Shown here: positions 1-6,916 of the stretch, one piece after another | How positions within the stretch are numbered: the stretch's first letter is position 1 | Layout: every line of letters begins with the position of its first letter | Assembly: GCA_038320275.1 (NCBI GenBank) | Contig: JBBQEB010000085.1 | Span: 1-15,960, forward strand | Direction: 5' to 3' | From: Myxococcales bacterium | GTDB taxonomy: Bacteria; Myxococcota; Myxococcia; Myxococcales; Anaeromyxobacteraceae | DNA length: 15,960 nt | The notes under the pieces: generated by a model | What the model was told of the DNA's origin: nothing | Seen by the model: only the letters and a program-made list of their open reading frames with translations | The model's database searches: none | Made by a program: the position numbers and the translations under genes

Positions 1-1182
1 GAACTGGAGGAGCGGGTGCGCCGGGCGGGCTCGCTGCCCGACGACGACGACGAAGCCTGGCTCACCCTGCGCACCACGCTCGACGACGAGGAGCGCGAGT
101 AGGTCGATGAGGCGCTCGAGCTCGCCGGCAGGCTCTTGCCGGGATCGAGCCGCCTGGAGCAGGTCGAGGCCATCGCCCAGGAGCTCGCGGGCGTCCTGCC
201 AGCACACCCCGACGTCCCTGACGCGGACCACCTGCGCGCGATGTGCGGGGCGCTCCGCCCCGTCGCCGGCGGGGCGCAGGAGCGGGCGGCTGAGCTCGAG
301 GGAGAGACGGAGCGGTGGGCGCTCCTGTCCACGCTCCCGGACGTGCCGGTGCCCCGGGTGCCGCTCGAGGCGGGGGCCACCGCCCAGGAGCTCGACGCTG
401 CCCTCCGGGAGCTGGCCCGCCTTCGCTCACAGTGGGACGACCTCGTCGGCTCCTGCGGGCTCGCGGTGAAGTAGAGCCGGATGTACCAGCTCCTCGGCTT
501 CGCCAGCTTCCGCCAGTACTGCGAGGAGCGGCTGGGGCTCTCCGCTCGCTCCGTCGAGCAGCGCGCCGCGGTGGAGGAGCGGCGCTGGCGCTCCCCTGCG
601 CTCACGGAGGCGAAGCGGCAGGGGTTGCCCTTCGAGAAGCTGCGGCTCCTCGCGCGCCTCCCCGAAGAGGAGCTCGGGTCCTGGACGCCCCGGGCCCACG
701 CGCTCACCTGCGTCGCGCTGCGCCGGGCGCTCGAGGGCGAGGCAGAGCGGCAGCTGCGTGCGCGGCGGGTCATCCGGGTGTCCCTGCCGCTCCGCATCGC
801 GGCCCTGCTCGCCTCAGTCGTCCAGGCCCTGCGGGAGCGCCTCGGGACCCCGCTCGCGGCCGGAACCTGCCTGGCGCTGCTCGCCCAGCACTTCGTGGAG
901 ACCTGGCAGGGCGTCGTGAAGCCGGCCCGCACCCGTTCCAGGAAGGTGCGCGACCGCGACCGCGGCGAATGCCAGGTGCCCGGTTGCAGCCACCGGGCGG
1001 CGCACGCCCACCACGTCCTCTTCCGCTCCCAGGGCGGCGACGACGAGCCGGACAACCTCGCCACGCTCTGCGCCTTCCACCACCTCCGCTGCGTCCACGG
1101 CGGCTTCCTCGGCGTCGTCGGCACGGCGCCCGCCCTGCGCTGGTCCCTGTGCGGCGAGCCCTGGGAAGGGCCGCGGCCGTGA
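1..1182 (+). pseudogene. HNH endonuclease-domain protein, 5' end outside the window, interrupted by two in-frame TAG codons (100-102, 472-474)
   Basis: Frame +1 reads as continuous protein-like sequence from base 1 (ELEERVRRAG...EERE*VDEALELAG...LAVK*SRMYQLLGFASF...). ORFs 136..474 and 481..1182 share this frame. The C-terminus has the Zn/HNH motif CQVPGC-HAHHVLFRSQGG-NLATLCAFHH. Ends at TGA 1180-1182. Confidence 0.8.
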
Positions 1183-1218
1183 AGGTGCGCGTCAGACGCC
1201 GCCCTTCACGGCGCCGCG
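1172..1218. terminator. GC-rich hairpin between convergent genes (possible bidirectional terminator or 3' stabiliser)
   Basis: Perfect 10-bp inverted repeat gccgtgaagg (1176-1185) / ccttcacggc (1203-1212), inner stem gcgt/acgc and outer cgcgg/ccgcg. There is no U-tract. Confidence 0.45.
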
Positions 1219-1670
1219 ATCCGCCCGCTGGCCTCCTCAAACGGCGGCAGCGCATGGCAGGAGTTGCAGGCGCCGTTCTGGGCAAGGCTCTCCATGCACC
1301 TCCTCGCGCCGTTCCGCCCCACGCACACGCGCAGCGGGAAGGCGACCTTCTCCGCCGAGTAGAAGTTTCCCACGACGTTGGACTGGAGCACGAAGGAGAA
1401 GCCCGCGGCGTCGGTGACCTCCACGTCCACGCCCTCGATCCCGGCGCTCGCGCTCGAATTCACAGAGGGATACACCGTCCCAGCGAGCGACCACGCCCGA
1501 GCGTCGTCCTCTCCCTCGCCCCCTTCCTCTCCGCGCACCTGGGCAGTCGACGCGGAGCCGCCGTGACACCGGAGGCAGTCGTCACCGGGGCGCATCGTGG
1601 GCCCGTTGTCGGGTGTGCACGCCCCGAGGACGAGAGCCAGCGCGGCTGCGAATCCGACGGGCCGTCTCAC
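1206..1670 (-). CDS. Di-heme c-type cytochrome lipoprotein with a beta-rich (carboxypeptidase-regulatory-like) middle region
   Basis: GTG at 1670 overlaps the upstream TGA (GTGA). Lipoprotein signal VRRPVGFAAALALVLGA|C. Two CxxCH motifs (CLRCH, CNSCH). Confidence 0.8.
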   Translation of the reverse strand: MRRPVGFAAALALVLGACTPDNGPTMRPGDDCLRCHGGSASTAQVRGEEGGEGEDDARAWSLAGTVYPSVNSSASAGIEGVDVEVTDAAGFSFVLQSNVVGNFYSAEKVAFPLRVCVGRNGARRCMESLAQNGACNSCHALPPFEEASGRIAAP

Positions 1671-2215
1671 CGGGCCGCCTTCAGCACGAGGTCGAGCTCC
1701 ACCCTGCACCGGTCGTCGATCTTCACGAACAGCAGCGAAGGGCGCTCCACGTGGTGGGCATCCAGGCTCACCTCGAAGTCTCCCCTCGCCCGAAGGGTCC
1801 CATCCGGCTGGGGCGTGATGGTCACCGGCACCACCATCGGCGTCTTCACGCCGTGCAGCTCGACCTCACCGCGCAGTTCCACGGGTCCGGCCGGCAGCTC
1901 GCGGGCGGGCCCGAGCTGCGCCGTCCCCTTGAAGACGACGTAGGGGAACTTGCCGCCTTCCACCGCCTCCATCATGTGCTCGTCGCGATTGCCATCGCCG
2001 GATCGAAACGACGCCATGGGCACGCGCACCATCGCCAGCGCCGAGCCGTCCTCCTTCACGACGGCCCGGGCCTCCAGTTCGTGCGAGACGCCCTCCACGC
2101 GATGCAGCTTGTGCACGATGCGGTAGCGCACGGTGCTCGCGGGGGCATCGACGACCCACGAGCCTCCGGCGGGGAGCGCGAAGGCGGCGGCGAGTGTCAG
2201 CAGGAGCGTTTGCAT
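1667..2215 (-). CDS. YceI-family (polyisoprenoid/lipid-binding) periplasmic protein
   Basis: Signal peptide; motifs W-VDAPASTVRY-I-H, SFRSGDGNRDEHM, KFPYVVF, GEVELHGV are typical of YceI. SD-like AGGA upstream. Confidence 0.88.
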   Translation of the reverse strand: MQTLLLTLAAAFALPAGGSWVVDAPASTVRYRIVHKLHRVEGVSHELEARAVVKEDGSALAMVRVPMASFRSGDGNRDEHMMEAVEGGKFPYVVFKGTAQLGPARELPAGPVELRGEVELHGVKTPMVVPVTITPQPDGTLRARGDFEVSLDAHHVERPSLLFVKIDDRCRVELDLVLKAAR

Positions 2216-2228
2216 GGGGTCGTCCTGG

Positions 2229-2972
2229 CTAGAACACGATCAGGCCGACGCCGGTGCCCACCGCGACGAGCGTGATGTAGCCGACGGCGAGGTGGGCGGT
2301 CCCGAACCGCTGCTGGTTCAGGTAGCCCTCGCGCGATTTCGTCCAGATCCCGAGCACACCCTGGGTGAGCATGCCCGCCGCCGCGGTGAACATCGCCACC
2401 TTGTGCAGCCTCACGCGGTCCACCCCTTCGTCCGGCCGGAGCCCGCTCGGCGCGAGCAGCGCCAGGGTCCCCGCCGCCACGAACGCCGCCAGCGTGGAGT
2501 AGGCCAGCACGGCGTGCGGCTGCACGTACTTGCCGCTGTTCGACGCGCCGAACTTGTCGTCGTAGTTGAGCTGGCCCACCGCGGTGGTCGCGAGCTGCAG
2601 GGCGAACATCCCGAGCCCGACGCCCTGATGCCAGGTGAGCAGGCTGCGCCGCCGGTGGAGCGCGTCCTCGTCCACTGGCTTCGACTGCGGGGGCGCGCCC
2701 AGGAGGTCGAAGTCGAGGGCTCCGGGCTCCTTCACGGGCGCCGCGCAGGGAGCCGCGCTTTCGGGCTGCCGCGGCTCCTTCTCTCCCTCCCGAGCCGGCG
2801 GCCTGGTTCCCTCGCGTTCGCCGGAGCTGGCTGCGCCTGCGGCCGCCGCCACGTCCGAGGCGATGGGCGCGCCGCGCAGCTCGAGCGCGCGATCGAGGAG
2901 GCGAGCGGTCGGGGCAGGCGCCGCCGGAAGCGAACCGAGAAGCAGCGCCAGGGCACAGGCAACGCTCGTCAT
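2229..2972 (-). CDS. Membrane protein with four TM helices, each preceded by His; putative cytochrome b561-like di-heme b protein
   Basis: N-terminal hydrophobic segment, Pro/Ala/Glu linker, then four hydrophobic helices starting WHQ, PHA, LHK, AHL. The CDS is well supported; the product is an inference. Confidence 0.65.
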   Translation of the reverse strand: MTSVACALALLLGSLPAAPAPTARLLDRALELRGAPIASDVAAAAGAASSGEREGTRPPAREGEKEPRQPESAAPCAAPVKEPGALDFDLLGAPPQSKPVDEDALHRRRSLLTWHQGVGLGMFALQLATTAVGQLNYDDKFGASNSGKYVQPHAVLAYSTLAAFVAAGTLALLAPSGLRPDEGVDRVRLHKVAMFTAAAGMLTQGVLGIWTKSREGYLNQQRFGTAHLAVGYITLVAVGTGVGLIVF

Positions 2973-2978
2973 GGAGTC

Positions 2979-3007
2979 ATTGTCGGGTTCCAGTGCGCCC
3001 CCGTCCA
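2979..3007 (-). promoter_or_regulatory. Candidate sigma70-type promoter for the membrane protein-yceI-cytochrome c operon
   Basis: Minus strand TGGACG-N17-GACAAT (4/6 and 4/6 match to consensus), followed by 6 nt and the ATG at 2972. No SD. Confidence 0.3.
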
Positions 3008-3073
3008 GCGAATGCGCTCGCCCGGCCCTTCTCGCGGCCGCCCCGCTGCAGGCGAGATCCCTTGCCAGCCTGA

Positions 3074-3082
3074 TGCTATCCT
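3074..3082 (+). promoter_or_regulatory. Candidate extended -10 promoter for asd
   Basis: TGcTATCCT (TGnTAnnnT) about 50 nt upstream of the asd ATG. Confidence 0.3.
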
Positions 3083-3130
3083 TCCCGGCTTCCAGAGTCG
3101 GGCAGCCGCTGCTCAGCGGGCGAGGTGGTC

Positions 3131-4216
3131 ATGGCGAAGAGGCTGAAGGTGGGCGTGGTGGGCGCGACGGGCATGGTGGGGCAGCGCTTCCTGGCACTGC
3201 TCGAGAATCACCCTTGGTACGAGGTGACGCTGGTCGCGGCGAGCCGCAGCTCCGCCGGGAAGCGCTACCACGACGCGGTCTCCGGGCGCTGGACGCTGCA
3301 CACTCCCGTGCCCAAGGCCGCGGCTGCGCTGACCGTCGTCGACGCCTCCTCGATCGAGCAGGTGGCCGGCGCGGTGGACTTCGTCTTCTGCGCCGTGGAC
3401 ATGCCCAAGGACGAGACCGCGAAGCTGGAGGAGGCCTACGCGCGCGCCGAGACGCCGGTGATCTCCAACAACAGCGCCCACCGGGCCACCCCGGACGTCC
3501 CCATGATGATCCCGGAGGTGAACCCGGAGCACGTGGCCGTCCTGGAGGCTCAGCGCCGACGGCTCGGCACCCGGCGTGGCTTCATCGCGGTGAAGCCCAA
3601 CTGCTCGCTCCAGAGCTACGTTCCCGCGCTCCACCCCCTGCGCTCCTTCGGGCCGAACCGGATCGCCGTGGCCACCTATCAGGCCATCTCCGGCGCTGGA
3701 AAGACGTTCGAGAGCTGGCCGGACATGGTGGACAACGTCATCCCCTTCATCAAGGGCGAGGAGGAGAAGAGCGAGCGCGAGCCGCTCAAGATCTGGGGCT
3801 CGCTCCAGGACGGAAAGATCGTGAACGCCACCGCGCCGGTCATCACCGCCCAGTGCCTGCGCGTCGCGGCGAGCGACGGCCACATGGCGGCGGTCTTCGC
3901 CTCCTTCGAGCGGAAGCCGGAGAAGGAGCAGATGCTGGACGCCTGGAAGGCCTTTTCCGGCAAGCCGCAGGCGCTGAAGCTCCCGAGTGCCCCGACGCCG
4001 TTCCTCACCTACTTCGAGGACGAGTCGCGCCCACAGACCAAGCTCGACCGCGACATCGGCAACGGCATGGGCGTCGCCATCGGCAGGCTGCGGCCCGACG
4101 CGGTCTTCGACTGGCGATTCGTCTGCCTCTCCCACAACACGGTCCGCGGCGCGGCGGGAGGGGCGGTGCTGACGGCGGAGCTCCTCACCGCCGAGGGTCA
4201 CCTCGAGGCGAAGTGA
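3131..4216 (+). CDS. asd: Aspartate-semialdehyde dehydrogenase
   Basis: GATGMVGQRF NADP-binding motif, catalytic KPNCS, QAISGAG, SHNTVRGAAGG. SD GAGGT before ATG 3131. Confidence 0.95.
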   Translation: MAKRLKVGVVGATGMVGQRFLALLENHPWYEVTLVAASRSSAGKRYHDAVSGRWTLHTPVPKAAAALTVVDASSIEQVAGAVDFVFCAVDMPKDETAKLEEAYARAETPVISNNSAHRATPDVPMMIPEVNPEHVAVLEAQRRRLGTRRGFIAVKPNCSLQSYVPALHPLRSFGPNRIAVATYQAISGAGKTFESWPDMVDNVIPFIKGEEEKSEREPLKIWGSLQDGKIVNATAPVITAQCLRVAASDGHMAAVFASFERKPEKEQMLDAWKAFSGKPQALKLPSAPTPFLTYFEDESRPQTKLDRDIGNGMGVAIGRLRPDAVFDWRFVCLSHNTVRGAAGGAVLTAELLTAEGHLEAK

Positions 4217-5226
4217 GCGACGCCTCTCCGCTGCACGTCGGCATCCTGGGCGCCACCGGCGCGGTTGGCCGCGCGCTGGTGCAGCTCCTCGACGAGGGCG
4301 AGCTGCCGGTGGCCTCCCTGCGGCTCCTCGCGAGCGAGCACAGCGCCGGGGCCGAGCTCGATTACGCCGGCGAGACCCTGCGCGTCGCGCCGGTGGCCCA
4401 GGGCTCCTTCGATGGGCTCGACCTCGTCTTCATGGCGGCCGGCGCTGCCGCCGCGTGCGCCTGGGCGCCGAAGGCGACGGCGGCCGGCGCGGCCGTGGTC
4501 GACCTCTCGGCCGCCTTCCGCGCCGATCCATCGGTCCCGCTGATCGTCCCGGAGCTCAACGGCGCCGCGCTTCGGCGGGGCTCCGTGCCGCTCGCGGCGA
4601 GCCCGGGGCCTGGGGCCGTCCAGCTCGCCCTCGTGCTCTCGGCGCTGCGCGCAGCGGCCGGCCTGGAAGAGGTGGCGGTCGCGAGCCTGCAGCCGGCGGC
4701 GACCGCGGGCCAGCGCGGCGTCGAGGGGCTGGAGGACGAGCTGCGGGCGATGCTCGCCTTTCAGGAGCCCGACCCGCCCACCGCGCTGCCCCATCGCCTC
4801 GCCTTCAACCTCATCCCACAGGTCGGCGTGGTGGGAGACGACGGGAGCACCGAGGACGAGCTGCGCCTCGCCTCCGAGGTGCGCCGCGTCCTCGGAGACG
4901 AGCGCCTCCGGCTGCGCGTCACCGCGGTGCGCCTGCCGCTCTTTCACGGTCACACGCAGCTCCTCTCCCTGCGCACGGGAAGGCCGCTCTCCGCGGCGGA
5001 GGCGCGGGAAGCACTGCGGGCCGCGCCCGGGGTGAAGCTGCTCGACGCTCCCCAGGAGGGCGTCTACCCGATGCCCATGCTCGCGGTGGCCGACGACGCG
5101 GTGCTGGCTGGCCGGGTGCGGAAGGATCCCACGCGCGAGAACGGCCTCGAGCTGGTGGTGGTGGGCGACGACCTGAGGCGGGGCGGGGCGTTGAACGCGG
5201 TCGGCATCGCGCGGCTCCTCCGATGA
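4213..5226 (+). CDS. Asd-family paralogue (USG-like), catalytic Cys absent
   Basis: GTG 4213 overlaps the asd TGA. Motifs GATGAVG, VVDLSAAFR-D-VPLIVPELN, AFNLIPQVG, VRLPLFHGH, DDLRRGGALNAV. The canonical NPNCS is replaced by SPGPG. Confidence 0.88.
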   Translation: MSDASPLHVGILGATGAVGRALVQLLDEGELPVASLRLLASEHSAGAELDYAGETLRVAPVAQGSFDGLDLVFMAAGAAAACAWAPKATAAGAAVVDLSAAFRADPSVPLIVPELNGAALRRGSVPLAASPGPGAVQLALVLSALRAAAGLEEVAVASLQPAATAGQRGVEGLEDELRAMLAFQEPDPPTALPHRLAFNLIPQVGVVGDDGSTEDELRLASEVRRVLGDERLRLRVTAVRLPLFHGHTQLLSLRTGRPLSAAEAREALRAAPGVKLLDAPQEGVYPMPMLAVADDAVLAGRVRKDPTRENGLELVVVGDDLRRGGALNAVGIARLLR

Positions 5227-5239
5227 CGCCTTGCAGGGG

Positions 5240-5255
5240 TGGCGCTCCCGTTGCA
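5240..5255 (+). promoter_or_regulatory. Sigma54 (RpoN) -24/-12 promoter
   Basis: TGGCGC-TCCCG-TTGCA, with GG (5241-5242)-N10-GC (5253-5254), one mismatch from TGGCAC-N5-TTGCA. Lies in the 39-nt intergenic gap. Confidence 0.6.
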
Positions 5256-5265
5256 GGATGAGAGC

Positions 5266-6189
5266 ATGATCCAGCGCCTCGGGCTCCTCGCGGCCCTGCT
5301 CGCTGCGCCGGCGCTCGCGCTCGGGCAAACGACGACTGCGGCGGGCACCATCACCATCGCCGAGTCCTCCGGCCAGCAGTCTCCGCCCACCGTGAATATC
5401 GACGAGTGCCAGGGCTCCACCGCCGACAACCTCACCTTCACCTTCACCGCGAGCGCGCTCACCACCGGAGCGACCTACCGCCTCCAGGCTTCCGACCAGG
5501 CGAGCTGTCCCTCCACCATCTCGGGAAACTCGGCGCATACGGTGGACGTGGCGAGCTCCATCTCGTCCTCCACTCCCACCGTGACCTATCCGGCGGCCGG
5601 CAGCGCGGCGGTGGGGGTGACCTCGCTCGTCTCGAACCTCGGCATCTCCTGCACCGGCTCGGCGACGGCCATCTATTTCTGCCTGACGCAGGTCGGAACG
5701 GACCCCGCGATCGCGACCAACATCCTCGCCTCGGGAACCCTCACGCTCGACCTCCTGCGACCTGCCCCGCCGGCGGTGAACGCGCCCACCGCTGGCGAGA
5801 GCGCCCTCACCGTGAGTTGGAGCACGGGGAGCGCCTCCGACGCGGGGACCGCCGGCACGGCCACCAGCTACGACGTCGAGGTGACAGCCGCGGCAGATCC
5901 CTCGGACAAGCACACCACCAGCGTCACCGGTAGCCTCTCCGCCCGCGTGGGCGGCCTCGCCAACGGGACCCTCTACGACGTCGTCGTCTATGCCCGGACC
6001 GCCGGGGGCAACCGCAGCGACGCGTCGCAGGCCGTGCAGGGCACGCCGGTGCAGGTGACCGACTTCTGGCGCGGCTACAAGGATGCGGGAGGCAGGGACA
6101 AGGGCGGTTGCGGTGCTGGAGCGGGTGGGCTCCTCGCGCTGGCGGCGCTCCTTCCCTTCTTGCGGCGCTCGCGAAGGGAGCGGTCGTGA
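5266..6189 (+). CDS. Secreted fibronectin type III domain protein with MYXO-CTERM sorting tag
   Basis: Signal peptide; Ser/Thr-rich beta region with four Cys; FN3 motifs (PPA...LTVSW...Y-V...GLANGTLYDVVVYA...GNRS). C-terminus GGC + hydrophobic helix + RRSRRERS. Confidence 0.85.
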   Translation: MIQRLGLLAALLAAPALALGQTTTAAGTITIAESSGQQSPPTVNIDECQGSTADNLTFTFTASALTTGATYRLQASDQASCPSTISGNSAHTVDVASSISSSTPTVTYPAAGSAAVGVTSLVSNLGISCTGSATAIYFCLTQVGTDPAIATNILASGTLTLDLLRPAPPAVNAPTAGESALTVSWSTGSASDAGTAGTATSYDVEVTAAADPSDKHTTSVTGSLSARVGGLANGTLYDVVVYARTAGGNRSDASQAVQGTPVQVTDFWRGYKDAGGRDKGGCGAGAGGLLALAALLPFLRRSRRERS

Positions 6190-6914
6190 GGCGCCTCCCG
6201 ATCCGGCGCGGCGCGGTGCTGGCGCTCGCCGCCGTCCTCGTCGCCCTCTCCCCGGGGACGTCCTCCGCCGATTCCGGACGCTACGGCTCCTTCGAGCTTC
6301 AGCTCACCGGCTTCCGGCCGCGCATCGACGCCGAGTTCGGGGGGACGGGCCCCTACGCAGCCGTCTTCGGCTCGCGGCGGGGATGGATGATCCGCGCCGA
6401 CGCGGCCCGCTCGCTCTTCGTCGACTACGGCTCGCTCGAGCTCGGGCTCGGGCTCGGCTACTTCGAGCAGTACGGCAAGGGGCTCCTGCCCGACGGGACG
6501 AGGTCGGGCGACACCACCTCCTTCAAGATGATCCCCACCCGCGCGTCGCTCACCTACCGGCTCGACTGGCTGGCGGAGCGTTACCTGGTGCCGCTCGCGC
6601 CGTACGGGCGCCTCTCCCTCGAGCGGTACAACTGGTGGGTGAACAACGGCGCCGGCAACGTCGCCACCACCGGCGGGCGCAGCGGCTACGGCGCGACCAA
6701 CGGCTGGTCGGCCTCGGCGGGGCTGGCGCTGCTCCTCGACTTCTTCGACCGCGGCCTCGCCCGGGAGATGGACCGCGACACCGGCATCAACCACACCTAC
6801 CTCTTCGTCGACTTGACGAAGAGCTCCATCGCCGACTTCGGCTCGAAGGCGAGCTGGGACCTCTCCGACACACGCAGCGTGAGCGTGGCCGGCGGCCTGC
6901 TGTTCGTCTTCTAG
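6186..6914 (+). CDS. Outer-membrane beta-barrel protein (resembles the MXAN_2562-type family as I recall it)
   Basis: GTGA overlap with the upstream gene; signal peptide ending SSA; amphipathic Gly/aromatic strands; C-terminal beta-signal GGLLFVF. Confidence 0.8.
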   Translation: MRRLPIRRGAVLALAAVLVALSPGTSSADSGRYGSFELQLTGFRPRIDAEFGGTGPYAAVFGSRRGWMIRADAARSLFVDYGSLELGLGLGYFEQYGKGLLPDGTRSGDTTSFKMIPTRASLTYRLDWLAERYLVPLAPYGRLSLERYNWWVNNGAGNVATTGGRSGYGATNGWSASAGLALLLDFFDRGLAREMDRDTGINHTYLFVDLTKSSIADFGSKASWDLSDTRSVSVAGGLLFVF

Positions 6915-6916
6915 CC

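Noticed and set aside
100..474. Genome-wide TAG reassignment
   Set aside because: TAG is the natural stop of the genes ending at 2229, 6914, 8374 and 12057, with appropriate C-termini such as the terminal Phe beta-signal.
1743..1758. Possible parS site (CCACGTGG core), of interest given the PadC/ParB-like gene
   Set aside because: Only the 8-bp core matches; the flanks do not give the 16-bp TGTTCCACGTGGAACA palindrome, and it lies in yceI coding sequence. Partial matches near 10381 and 15598 were rejected for the same reason.
3062..3078. Sigma54-like site upstream of asd (TTGCCAGCCTGATGCTA)
   Set aside because: The invariant GG at -25/-24 is TG; an extended -10 reading fits better.
2635..4212. 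863-aa ORF as a long N-terminal extension or fusion of the Asd paralogue
   Set aside because: The extension is Arg/Gly/Ala-rich shadow translation overlapping real genes; homology begins at GTG 4213.
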